Below the pieces are notes generated by a model, which was not told the DNA's origin, searched no databases, and saw only the letters and a list, made by a program, of their open reading frames with translations. A DNA stretch of 54,755 nucleotides, the filler included, from Tortispora ganteri (taxonomy: Eukaryota), in the NCBI GenBank assembly GCA_003707115.1. It is 3 parts of 3 records of this genome, joined end to end, with 100 filler letters (N's around TTAATTAATTAA, not from the genome) between each part and the next. Parts side by side here need not be neighbours in the genome. Positions count along the whole stretch, not along the records: positions 22,182 to 41,969 come from PPNB01000047.1; positions 42,070 to 54,755 come from PPNB01000049.1; 1 more part is not named here. One strand, written 5' to 3'. This document shows, in pieces, positions 33,277-43,520 of the stretch. Numbering within the stretch: position 1 is the stretch's first letter; every line of letters starts with the position of its first letter. Both the position numbers and the translations under genes were made by a program.

Positions 33277-34644
33277 TCACACAAGTTTCGCAAGCGCGAC
33301 GTTCTTCTTACCAAGTCGGACAAGAACAAGTTGGCCATCAATCAGGTAACGCTCTTCGAGTACAGTCTTCAAATCAGCAGAACACAGATCTGGTCCAATA
33401 TATACACTTCCTTCTTGTAAGCTGCGCTTGAGAGAGCTAGCCGATACAGGGTATACCTTCTTCAATAATGTAAGTATAGGTTCACCAACTACCGATCGAG
33501 GAACTTCTTGAATGAATGAATCACCTTCAAAGACCGCTAAAAGGTCATATGCAGATAGGCATAGATTTTGAGATTTGATTTTGCCATAGATTAAATCTGC
33601 AGATTTTGAAACGAGACTGCCGGCGTCCGGGCCGTATATAAGGTCGACTACACGCTCGGCTAGGAGTTTCTGCGCAGTTCTCGACTCTGGCACGTTGTTA
33701 TGTTCTGCGACAATACGATCGATCTCTGGTAACGGAATAAAAGTAAACATTTTCAAGTAGGACTCGACAGCAGAGTCCGGTACCCGAATAAAGTGCTGGT
33801 ACAGCTGGAATTTCGGAGTAAGAGAGGAATCGAGGAACACAGCATTGCCTGCAGATTTGCCAAACTTCTCTCCAGACGGTGTTGTCAGAAGTGGCACAGT
33901 TACACCATATGCCTTACCGCCTAATCGTGAAATAAGATCTATTCCTGCAGTAATATTACCCCACTGATCGTTACCGCCGAGTTGGATACTGCAGTTGTGC
34001 GTTTGCTGCAGATACCAGAAGTCGTATGCCTGTAAAGCCTGGTACGAAAATTCATTATATCCAAGTCCAGCAGTTGATTGCAGACGTGCTTTAACACTTT
34101 CGCGGTTGAGCATCTGGTTTAATCGAAGATGAGGGCCAATAGAGGACATGAAATGTACCAGGTTCATGTCTCGCCACCAATCGGCATTATTGACAGAAAT
34201 GAGTTCGCCGCTAATTTGATATCCGGCTCGTTTAAGTAATTCTTGCGCATTCGTAAAGATCATCGACATTTGCGTCTGTAAAGCTCGAGTATTGAACTTC
34301 AATGTTTCTTCGGAAGCCGCAGACCTTGCAGTCGATCTGCCAGATGGGTCACCAACTTGAGCTGTACCCTCACCGACGAGTTGGATCACCTTATGACCAC
34401 GAGCAAAAAAATGCAGCAGCACCATCAACGGTAGAAGATGTCCTGCATGTAACGATCGAGCTGTAGGGTCCGCTCCGAGGTATATACAAGCACGTGATTC
34501 AAGTGCAACCTCTAACCCCTGAGAGGTTTGTTGTATCAGGCCTCTAGCTCGCAGCTCTTCCAACAAAGGAGTAGACTGCGCACTATAGAACCTTATATTT
34601 GTTAGAAACGTCCGTTGGTGGCGTTGTGCAGCCAATCGCAACAT
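33277..34644 (-). CDS. MSY1: Mitochondrial tyrosyl-tRNA synthetase
   Basis: Presequence MLRLAAQRHQR; GADPTARSLHAGH (HIGH), QLGGNDQWGNI, KFGKS (KMSKS). Confidence 0.93.
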   Translation of the reverse strand: MLRLAAQRHQRTFLTNIRFYSAQSTPLLEELRARGLIQQTSQGLEVALESRACIYLGADPTARSLHAGHLLPLMVLLHFFARGHKVIQLVGEGTAQVGDPSGRSTARSAASEETLKFNTRALQTQMSMIFTNAQELLKRAGYQISGELISVNNADWWRDMNLVHFMSSIGPHLRLNQMLNRESVKARLQSTAGLGYNEFSYQALQAYDFWYLQQTHNCSIQLGGNDQWGNITAGIDLISRLGGKAYGVTVPLLTTPSGEKFGKSAGNAVFLDSSLTPKFQLYQHFIRVPDSAVESYLKMFTFIPLPEIDRIVAEHNNVPESRTAQKLLAERVVDLIYGPDAGSLVSKSADLIYGKIKSQNLCLSAYDLLAVFEGDSFIQEVPRSVVGEPILTLLKKVYPVSASSLKRSLQEGSVYIGPDLCSADLKTVLEERYLIDGQLVLVRLGKKNVALAKLV

Positions 34645-34975
34645 CTCACGGTTTATTTTGACTAAGTGGTATGTCAAAAAAGTGTAGACCAATTCCAAAC
34701 TTAGATTATGACATTACCCCGTTCTAAACATACAAAGAAAAATGCTTTTTTTTTAATTAAATATCGTCTTTATTTCAGCTGTAAAAGGCCTAATAATATT
34801 TAGAATGCTGGAGAAAGCTATTTTCTAATGGAAACTGCACGCGAATCTAGGGCCCTTAAGCCCGTATTTGATATGTTCACTATCGTATACCGTGCACATA
34901 GCTTCGCGTAAGAGAATACGACAATGCATAAATATGTGCGTGACAACAGAAAGTAATTGACGCATCTCATATTCA

Positions 34976-36724
34976 ATGTCCAACATTAATTCAGATCAAA
35001 CTGATCCGCGAACTAGTCATTACGATATTGACTCCCTCATCCACCAAGCGATCAACAACACAAGCATTCCTAACGATATCTTTGAATCTTTCGATACGAA
35101 CTTTCTTCGCGATCTCGGCTATGATCAAGAACTTCTTCGTGTACTCGATTTCAAGTCTTTACTCGGAACAGGAGTCTCCAACACTAGTGCGCTACCTGGC
35201 ATACTGCTCGGTTTCACTACTATGGTCACTCAGGGTGGTCATGTAGGCTTAACATGGGGGTTCGGCGTCGCCGCATTCTTCATGCAACTTATCAGTAGCT
35301 GTGTCGCCGAAATATGTTCAGAGTTCCCCGCAGCTGGTGGTATATACTTTGCAGCAGCCTGTCTTGCGCCAAAATCATACAATAAGATTTTCGCCTGGAT
35401 AACTGGTTGGTCTTCCTTTTTCGCTCAGGCCTCCTTTACCGCTGCATCTAACTACAGTTTGGTCCAAATTGTCTTTTCGCTCGTAAGAGTCTCGGGTGCA
35501 GTTGACTCAACTAACCCAATATATAATCAACACTCGCTAATTGGCTCAGTCGTATCTCAAGCGTTCTTCTTAGCACTCATGCTTTTGTGCGCTCTTGCTA
35601 CTTGCGTTTCAGTCAAAAACACCACTCTAATTAATAATTTAGGTACAGCTTTTAACTTCCTGTTACTAATTATTCTTGCAATAATGATCCCTTATAAGGC
35701 ATCACTAACCCCTAACGGCCTAAACTTCACAAGCGCAGTCACAAACTTCGACAGTATCTCCAGCTGGAATTATGTTGTCGCCTTTATGATATCTTTCTCT
35801 TCAGCTGCTAGATCATTCACAAGTCTGGACGCGCCTTTGCACATGTCTGAAGAAACAGTAAACGCGTCAGCACACTGCTCTCGCTCAGTGAAAATGTCTA
35901 CGGCCATAAACTTTTTGTCTGGTATAATTATATGCATTTTGTTTGCAATATGTTTACCTTCTGATGGCTCAATGTTTGAAAAACCAGATGTTGAACCTAT
36001 TGTCGCCTTTTTTGTTAGAATCATGGACTTTCCTTCAGCTGTTGCTCTGATATCACTCGCTTGTATTTCTATTTTCTTGCTCAGTCTTGCCAATATGGCT
36101 TCTTCCGCTAGAGCTTCTTATGCATACGCTAGAGATGGCGTCTTGCCGAAATCTCCGTTGTGGAAACTTGTTAGCTCTCGAACATTCTCGCCTTACGGCT
36201 CCGTCGTTCTGCTCTTGATCTTTGGCTTGCTTTTTGGCATTTGCGCTGAATTACTAAAGCAACTAGATTTTATTCTGATGTTTGGTGCAATTGCACAGCT
36301 TATTGCCTTTGCAGTTGCCATATCCATGCGCATCTATGCCGGAAACTCGTTCAAACCTCAACACTCTAACCTTGGTAAGAAATCATTGTACATTCATTCG
36401 CTATGTCTTCTCTTTATCTGCATTATGATACCTATCTGGTGCCTTCCTCACAACCTGAAGAAACCCTATAACGCTTTTCAAGGATTCAACTATGCACCTG
36501 TGCTCTATTTCACTCTCATGAGTATTGTACTAGCTTGGTACGCTATAGATGCTAGGAAATGGTACAATAGTCCTGCATTCACTTATCGCGAGAAGATTCC
36601 ATGTGATAGTGAACTTGCACCATCAGACCTTAACGTGCCAGGTGAATCAGCTGATTCGCTGTCAAAACAGTTAAAACTTGCAAAGACCTTGACTGGTTTG
36701 TTTCAGAAGATATTCCACAAGTAG
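34976..36724 (+). CDS. APC-superfamily amino acid/GABA/polyamine/choline permease (Uga4/Tpo5/Hnm1-like)
   Basis: LGYDQELLR, AEICSEFPAAGGIY, WITGW, DAPLHMSEET, RASYAYARDG; about 12 hydrophobic segments. Confidence 0.85.
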   Translation: MSNINSDQTDPRTSHYDIDSLIHQAINNTSIPNDIFESFDTNFLRDLGYDQELLRVLDFKSLLGTGVSNTSALPGILLGFTTMVTQGGHVGLTWGFGVAAFFMQLISSCVAEICSEFPAAGGIYFAAACLAPKSYNKIFAWITGWSSFFAQASFTAASNYSLVQIVFSLVRVSGAVDSTNPIYNQHSLIGSVVSQAFFLALMLLCALATCVSVKNTTLINNLGTAFNFLLLIILAIMIPYKASLTPNGLNFTSAVTNFDSISSWNYVVAFMISFSSAARSFTSLDAPLHMSEETVNASAHCSRSVKMSTAINFLSGIIICILFAICLPSDGSMFEKPDVEPIVAFFVRIMDFPSAVALISLACISIFLLSLANMASSARASYAYARDGVLPKSPLWKLVSSRTFSPYGSVVLLLIFGLLFGICAELLKQLDFILMFGAIAQLIAFAVAISMRIYAGNSFKPQHSNLGKKSLYIHSLCLLFICIMIPIWCLPHNLKKPYNAFQGFNYAPVLYFTLMSIVLAWYAIDARKWYNSPAFTYREKIPCDSELAPSDLNVPGESADSLSKQLKLAKTLTGLFQKIFHK

Positions 36725-37111
36725 TACATACACGGGCCCGCCCTCATGTCTGCATTTTATACTGCTATTTTCAGAATATCTTCTTCAATATTATCTCCTC
36801 TTTTTCTGATATTCCCTTTGTATTGAACCCCGACGTATTCGCGAATCCTGGCTCTTATCGCTGGTCAACGATATGTCAAACAAACTTTATCTCGATTACC
36901 GTTGGGACCTGACCAATAACAAGTTGTGATTGCTAATCACATGCACGAACGTTCTACTTGGGATAACATACCCACCCCCTTGATAAAGACCCGTTTATTC
37001 CACACATTTCGCCTTTTGTCTATACACGCTGCTGTTGCCGAGATTTCCGCTGTTTACGCTGTTATAAATTACAACGGAATTTATTTTCACGAATACTGAA
37101 AGTATTGCGCG

Positions 37112-39529
37112 ATGTTCGTCAAATCAATACCTGACGTAGGACAAACGGTATTGTCAGAATGTGACCAGATCGACATTGACGTCTATTTCGATGCACGCAA
37201 GATATCGCGTGATTCTGAATTCCAGGCCGAATTGTGGTGGGGGTTTGACACGCATTTTCATTGGGCATCAACTAAACTGGTATTAGCAGAGATTTTAAAC
37301 TACGATCTAGCTCGTTTTGAAGCTCGTCTCCCTATTCCTGATTTTCCTGATGCATTAAACTTCACGATACGTTATCGGTATAAACAAACTGAACCATGGT
37401 CATGGCAATCTAAAGACGGAAACTGTAGGATCTTGCACAAATCAAAAAAGAAACTAGTAGCAAATGATCTTTTCTACGACCTGCAACTCCCTCTAACCGA
37501 AATAGAAGGACCTATCAGCAGCTCCGACAACTGTTTCTGGTCCATCCCGCGATGCGCTATAACTACATCAGTCTCTGTGATTGGACGTATTTATGAATAC
37601 AAACACATAAACGTTTTCAACAAATTCTTAGCTTTCGAGTCCACATGCCTTCCGGATGTCGCCCTTCCTCATAATTATAAAGGATTTGCGCTTGTCGTAT
37701 TCCAGCGTCCAGACGGACGTTTCTTAGTGATATGGCCAGTCTGTAACTTAAGCGCTTCTACAGTTTCATTGGTTTTTTTTACTGAAAACAAAACATGTCT
37801 GAACATTGCAACAAATACGCAGTCGGGTCACCAAACACCACTCGTCCTCATCGCATCCGGCTTTGATATTCATTCCCTAATGAACGAAACCCTGCTTCTA
37901 CTTCGACGGTTCCCTTTCACATCTACGCAAATAAATGAAGATGATGACTATGAATGTATAAACTGGTACGAAGGATGGTATGATGGTCTTGGATTCTGCT
38001 CTGGTATTATTAGCGAAGACCGTGTGTCCACAGAGAATATGATACTTGACAATTTGCAATCTCTAGGGAAAACAGGTAATCAAGTCACTTGGTTGTTGAT
38101 AGACTTCCAATGGCAAATAAAATCACAATACGGTCTTGTCAGTTTCAAATCTGACCCAGCCCAAATTAATGACGGACTCAAATCATTGGTCAAAATGCTA
38201 CATGAACATTTCCCTAATCTAAAGCATATTGGTGTCGCTCATTCAATAATGGGCAGTCCGGTCGGAGTAGCTTTGAAAGGTGAAGTGGCTGACAATTATG
38301 GTACCTTCTCTACTCCTAAAGGCATAAATCTTGTTTTGCCCGATAGTATAGAACGCTTCTACATAGACTTTTATGAATATCTTTATGAATGTGGCATCAC
38401 ATTTGTAAGAGTCTACGATCACGAAAAACTCTATGAGTATAGCTGTTCATTGGATATGGTTAGAACATATGAATATGCTCTAAAGAAATCCGCTGTGCGC
38501 TATTTTTATAACCGCGTGCTTTATACATTCTCTAGTTTCCCTTTCTACTTGATACAGGAACTTTTTCTGAACCCTGGGTGTCCTAATCCTCTTCTCGAGC
38601 TATCGACTCAACCTACAAACAATTCGAGCTTGTCATTAAATTCTAGTGCTCTTACAAACAAAAACTTACTGCTCACGTTAATTGGTGGTTACTTGGATGC
38701 TGTTATGGCTTTTGACGCTATTTGTTTGCACGAAAATGAATACACTGATATACAGGTAATATCTCGCTTGATATCATGTTCCCCAATATTAATAGATACT
38801 GGCGAAGCACATCAACGTTTTAAGTCTACATTGCCAGACTGTATGTTTTTGGGTCTAAATGGATCATCTGTCGTTTCACGCCTTCAGGGCACTTCACAAC
38901 CTATTAATCCTATTTCCGCTAATAAGAACTCTAATTCGGACTTCTTTCTTGTTGTGAACAATGATTCTAATAAGAATTACCTTGTGCTAGCAATATTTAA
39001 CTTTTCTGATGTCTGCTTCACTGATATTATAGATTTGTCATCTATAAGTGAACAATACCTGGGTAGTCGTCAGAGTGTTGCTCGGATGCATGACTCTGGA
39101 CAAGTTGTTGATCTGGGTCATAAAAGCAAATATCCATTCTCTCTTCAGCCTCGATCAGGCACGTTAGTTACTATAGTCCCTATAGTACATGGTATTGGGT
39201 TGTTTGGACTTGTTGGAAAATCTACCCCGGATATATCTGCTGGTGTCACATTTATTGTGCGTAGCGACATATGTGTAAAACCATATGGTACCTTACAGAT
39301 TGAACTGGTGATACGTGCATTGGGAGTTATTCAAATTTATGCAAAAAATATACACGAAAAAGGAGTGAATTCTATGCTTGGAATGATAGAAGATGAAGTA
39401 CTGCCATTGAAGACTATCAGTTATGAACAGAGTTGCCTTAACATTGATCTGCAAATGGCATGTGAATTGTTAGAAATTCAAAAACCCTGGACAAATGAAC
39501 TAAACTTATTTTTGCGATTTTCAGTATAA
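37112..39529 (+). CDS. GH36 raffinose synthase/Sip1-like protein with degenerate catalytic motifs
   Basis: Order and spacing of WYDGLGFC, LLIDFQWQ, GLKSLV...FPNLKHIGVAH, RFYIDFYEYL..CGI and SRLISCSPI match fungal Sip1-type alpha-galactosidases. Confidence 0.7.
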   Translation: MFVKSIPDVGQTVLSECDQIDIDVYFDARKISRDSEFQAELWWGFDTHFHWASTKLVLAEILNYDLARFEARLPIPDFPDALNFTIRYRYKQTEPWSWQSKDGNCRILHKSKKKLVANDLFYDLQLPLTEIEGPISSSDNCFWSIPRCAITTSVSVIGRIYEYKHINVFNKFLAFESTCLPDVALPHNYKGFALVVFQRPDGRFLVIWPVCNLSASTVSLVFFTENKTCLNIATNTQSGHQTPLVLIASGFDIHSLMNETLLLLRRFPFTSTQINEDDDYECINWYEGWYDGLGFCSGIISEDRVSTENMILDNLQSLGKTGNQVTWLLIDFQWQIKSQYGLVSFKSDPAQINDGLKSLVKMLHEHFPNLKHIGVAHSIMGSPVGVALKGEVADNYGTFSTPKGINLVLPDSIERFYIDFYEYLYECGITFVRVYDHEKLYEYSCSLDMVRTYEYALKKSAVRYFYNRVLYTFSSFPFYLIQELFLNPGCPNPLLELSTQPTNNSSLSLNSSALTNKNLLLTLIGGYLDAVMAFDAICLHENEYTDIQVISRLISCSPILIDTGEAHQRFKSTLPDCMFLGLNGSSVVSRLQGTSQPINPISANKNSNSDFFLVVNNDSNKNYLVLAIFNFSDVCFTDIIDLSSISEQYLGSRQSVARMHDSGQVVDLGHKSKYPFSLQPRSGTLVTIVPIVHGIGLFGLVGKSTPDISAGVTFIVRSDICVKPYGTLQIELVIRALGVIQIYAKNIHEKGVNSMLGMIEDEVLPLKTISYEQSCLNIDLQMACELLEIQKPWTNELNLFLRFSV

Positions 39530-39795
39530 TGTGAACGAGCTAGAATGCTTCAGTTTTTCAATATATAGATTTGCTCTTTCTGTTTTTTGGTTTTGGGTTT
39601 ACATGGTAAATATAGGTATATTAATTACATAAAACTGTGTGGACAGGAGGTAAGTAGCTCATGTATTAATATTGCTCATCATAGCAATGTTAATAGAATA
39701 TTGTGTACTTAGTCAACAAATAGAATAGTAAAATATCATAACAGAAAGACAAGAAGACTTGTTCAATCTATTTCTTGGAAAACGCGCATTCATAG

Positions 39796-41142
39796 TTATG
39801 ATGAAAACGCTCCAGTGAAAGATTCATTTGCATTATGTGTAGTAGACGAACTAGATGAAGAGCCTTTGGCCTTATCTGACTTCGATTTGCCCTCTTTGGA
39901 TTTGGATTTCTTCTTGTCTTTAGTAGTAGCCTCAGCTATGAGTGCTTCGAAAACGCGCACTTCTTCGTCTTCTTCAGCAGTTCTTACTGTTTTACTAAAC
40001 ACATCGCCTACCAAAATCATTGCCCGTGCTCTCTCAACACGTTTGGATAAAGGAACGGATTTGTCATGCAAAACTTTGTCGCAGACTTCGCGCAGAACGC
40101 CTGCTACTTCAAATCTAGAACCTCTCCATGCGGCATTCAATATCTTTCCAAGTACTATTCTTTCTTGCTCGGCACGCAATTCATCAGTCCAATCCTCGCC
40201 GGCCTTTTCTTCAGCTTTTGCCATGGCTTCCATACTTGCTTGTGCATCAATGGCGCTATTAATAGTTCCCCATGTGTCTTTTGCAACAGATCCTTTCTCC
40301 TTTACTTTACTAAAAAAACCTGATATTCCAAGAAACTTCTGTGACTTCAAAAACGTGGTACCTTTAGTTGTGTAGATAGAGCCAATAGTGTGTAGGAGCT
40401 CTAGACCAAAAGATTCCATTTTCAGGTTTTCAGCCTCTAAGCGCTGCTTTTCAAGGAACGCCTTTGTGATATCGTCAGACTTGTCGGTTTCTGTCCACAC
40501 AGACAAGCGTTCTATGAGTTTCTTACATAGATCAGCGACGCGCTGGTTTCTAGCCTCTCTGCGCTGTTCCTCGTACTTTTTGAGCTCGGCCTTCTGGTCC
40601 TTTGAGAAACCAGATTTCTTGATCTTGTCCGACTTTTCTTTTATTTCATCAGGTGATGCTTGAGCAAGGTTTGATGAGGAGGTACCAGGAGTGTAGGCGG
40701 TGACATCTGTTCCGCTTGCTGTGTTTGAGGCGTTCTGCTCGAAAGAGGACACGTTCGGGTCGGAGGACTCTGCGGCTGAGTCTTCCATAGATACAATCTC
40801 CATAGTTTTCGTCAAATCTTTAATTAGAGAAAGCTCACCTATGAGATCTGCGAAGGCTTCTCCTCCGAAGATCATCGTGAAGAACTCTGTTGGATCCTCG
40901 AAACCAGCTTCAGGTATAGCCTGCTGTTTACCAAATTGATCATACTTCTGACGCAATTGAGGGTCACTAAGTACCTGATAGGCTTCTCCAATTGCCTGGA
41001 ATCTATCTTTTGCTGCAGGATCATCGGGGTTCTTATCTGGATGATGTATAACGGCCTGGCGGCGATATGCCTTCTTTATTTCAATGTCAGAAGCAGTGAC
41101 TTCTACGCCAAGTATTTCATAGTATTCCGTTTCTACAACCAT
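39796..41142 (-). CDS. DJP1: J-domain co-chaperone with DnaJ-X domain (Djp1/Caj1 family)
   Basis: [51 protein letters not shown]. Confidence 0.88.
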   Translation of the reverse strand: MVVETEYYEILGVEVTASDIEIKKAYRRQAVIHHPDKNPDDPAAKDRFQAIGEAYQVLSDPQLRQKYDQFGKQQAIPEAGFEDPTEFFTMIFGGEAFADLIGELSLIKDLTKTMEIVSMEDSAAESSDPNVSSFEQNASNTASGTDVTAYTPGTSSSNLAQASPDEIKEKSDKIKKSGFSKDQKAELKKYEEQRREARNQRVADLCKKLIERLSVWTETDKSDDITKAFLEKQRLEAENLKMESFGLELLHTIGSIYTTKGTTFLKSQKFLGISGFFSKVKEKGSVAKDTWGTINSAIDAQASMEAMAKAEEKAGEDWTDELRAEQERIVLGKILNAAWRGSRFEVAGVLREVCDKVLHDKSVPLSKRVERARAMILVGDVFSKTVRTAEEDEEVRVFEALIAEATTKDKKKSKSKEGKSKSDKAKGSSSSSSTTHNANESFTGAFSS

Positions 41143-41492
41143 TTCTTAGTTCGAATACGCCTATGAGAAGAAAATCGAAGGAAAAGAAGGTATTTATTAG
41201 GAAACTTGCAGACTCTAAAGAGTACACTGTTGGATAATATGACGTGTAAAGGGTGTGGCCATTTAGAGTGATAGGTACATGGTAAATGCAGAACCGATAT
41301 AGTCTCTGAGTTACGCTAAAACCTGAATTGTTATACTGAACAATATGAACTGGCATTCTTGAACGGATTTCGTTATAATGATAATAAAATATAAATATTG
41401 ATACTGTAACTACTTATTTCTGTTTACCGCAAGTTGATAGTGTTCTTAGCTCGTCGCTATAAAGACTTGAACTATCATTAGCTAGACGTTCT

Positions 41493-41969
41493 TCATTCCG
41501 AGTCATCGTAGCCGTACAATTCGTTAGTCGATTCCATGCTTATCTTCACCTGTTCCGGAAACATTAAATTATTAATTACATCATAGACAAAAACTGCCCG
41601 TAGCGGATAGTAAAAACCTATAATGCCGGTAAAAGAATTTATGGCCCTGTAAGTTGTACCTGGAGTTACTGTTAACGCATTACTATGCACGTTGATCTCT
41701 CCATATTTTCCTGCTTCGTCAATATCTTTACACGAAGCTGCCGCGGTTCCATATACCACGTCGATAAACATCTTGTAGCGAGTCCGCGCTGCGATCGTAA
41801 TAGTATACCTCTCTCGCGCGCTTTTAGCGAATTGACCATAGAATGTAACCTCCATCGCAGTAACATTGCGCCTAACTTCACCTGGACTAGGAGGACCTTG
41901 ATTGAGTGATGAAATATAATGATTTATAATGGCGCTATTACTAAGGTATTCGATATTGAGGAATGGCAC
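41493..41969 (-). CDS. 3' fragment of a protein ending in a divergent PA14/GLEYA-like lectin domain (truncated by contig end)
   Basis: Open from the gap to TGA. EVTFYGQF...YTITI...AAASC...GFYYPLRAVF resembles GLEYA/PA14 (GYF...G.YTF...G.YYP.R.V). Confidence 0.5.
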   Translation of the reverse strand: MPFLNIEYLSNSAIINHYISSLNQGPPSPGEVRRNVTAMEVTFYGQFAKSARERYTITIAARTRYKMFIDVVYGTAAASCKDIDEAGKYGEINVHSNALTVTPGTTYRAINSFTGIIGFYYPLRAVFVYDVINNLMFPEQVKISMESTNELYGYDDSE

Positions 41970-42069
41970 NNNNNNNNNNNNNNNNNNNNNNNNNNNNNNN
42001 NNNNNNNNNNNNNTTAATTAATTAANNNNNNNNNNNNNNNNNNNNNNNNNNNNNNNNNNNNNNNNNNNN
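41970..42069. other. Artificial contig linker (44 N + TTAATTAATTAA + 44 N)
   Basis: Identical to the spacer at 22082-22181. Confidence 0.97.
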
Positions 42070-42800
42070 ACCTCCGTCACTGCATTGCCATGAGATATGA
42101 GAGACGATATTCTTTTGGTTATAACCAATTTCCAGGCCAACATCGCTGGACCCGCTCAAACCGACACTCCAACTGATTCTCGAGCTGAAAGTTGCAGTCA
42201 AACTGGTACTTGAACTACCAGGGTGGAGCTCGGTCGCACTCGCAGCTGCACTCATTTTTTATCCTCGCCTGCCGATACTTCTAGCACCAAAGACATCCCA
42301 GCATGACCGACCAATATCTCGCCACCTTATTGCTTGCGGCTGCTCGGCACAACAACTACACGTACAGGCGTACACCTAGACACCACCCTGATCATCGTTC
42401 CCCGTAAACCATTCGCTCAGTCCCGATCGCTTCGATCTTCCCGCAAGTCATCCCAATTTTCCCGAGGAACATGTCCGCACCGCCCCTGATCGCCGTGATT
42501 GTGCCGTCCCCGACATAGCACATCACCTCAACCAGTCCACACCGCCTTCCGCAGCGATCCCATCGCCCGTCACTTCTGGAGCCGGAGCTACTTCCGGCCC
42601 GGCCCTCTACTAGCCTGCCGCAATTGCCTCGAAATTACCGTCGAAGACGTCGTGGCCTACTGCACACACGCCCTCGCTGTACGACGACCGGGAAGCGCGC
42701 ACTGACAGAGCGCTGTCCGCCGTTGCCACGTACTGCTGGCAGTTCCACCCGCTGACCGTTACAAGGTCGGCCCCACACTTTTGTCGAACGCAGTAACCAC
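42070..42800 (+). mobile_element. Decayed Ty3/gypsy pol relic (RNase H to integrase zinc finger)
   Basis: Collinear, frameshifted motifs: DPLKP..TDS (42172), IFYPRL, HDR-QYLA...ARH (42302), PDHRS (42387), RFDL...RRD (42428), AFRSDP (42544), SYFRPG (42586), DVVAYC (42646), G-FHPLTV (42743). GC-rich relative to the flanks. Confidence 0.6.
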
Positions 42801-43359
42801 CCCGACGTGCTAGCAAGTACTCGTCCATAAACCGTCGTCGTTTCCACCGGCGGCTCGCTTAAAACGTCTTCACTTACGTTACATTGCTCATGATGTTGTC
42901 GGTTAGTAAGTCTCATTGCCAGCGAATACGCTGCTAGTCTCAGCGAGTCGGACTAAGTTGCCCGACTCCAACCGAGCCAAAATGTAAACAATCGGCTCAC
43001 CTAGCTACCACGCTAAAAACCTGTACCAATACCAACAGTTATATTAGCACCAATTAAACTACTATTATTAGCGTTAAGTTAATAATCGATCTCAATTGCT
43101 AAACCATACTCGCCACTTGGATATGTCTCATAAATAGAATGACTATTTGGGAATACACCATTTTCCTGTGCTCTATTACAATCCCTGCATTCTGCCCACT
43201 CGTTCTGGCAACAAAATCTATAACCTGCCAGTCTCTGCTTTAATTGTTTTTTGGTCCGCTAGCACTGCTAACGTATTCCAATCGCAATACAATTGCAACG
43301 TTGAAGCTTGACTCAGGTTTGTTTGCGGAACAAAACCTTCAAGTTCTATGTTTGAAGCC

Positions 43360-43520
43360 TTACGTCCCTTTAAGTTCGTTAGCAGTGCCAAAAATTCTTC
43401 TAAAGGGAGGTGATTTGCATGTTTGCATAAATTACTACTCCTTTTATTAGAATCAACTGTGATTCTTGATCCGCATGTGTATTCAATCTCTACCTGCGAA
43501 TCACTCGAATTGTTGTAATA
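43360..43520 (+). mobile_element. Possible second, highly decayed Ty3/gypsy reverse transcriptase fragment
   Basis: PLSSLAVPKILLKGGDLHVCINY resembles PS.SP...P.L...K.G.LR.CIDY; then, frameshifted, STVILD...LELL. Confidence 0.3.

Noticed and set aside
39815..40375. 186-aa antisense ORF over DJP1
   Set aside because: GTG-started shadow ORF lying entirely within a conserved gene.
42022..42255. Minus-strand ORF MSAAASATELHPG... running into the gap
   Set aside because: Better explained as the antisense of the plus-strand RNase H relic; its stop codon comes from the artificial linker.
42499..42830. HFWSRSYF resembling IS200 TnpA, and LLAVPP...VGPTLL resembling a GNAT motif (possible bacterial transfer)
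   Set aside because: Single isolated motifs with no HUH motif at the right spacing; a Ty3/gypsy pol explains many more motifs in order.
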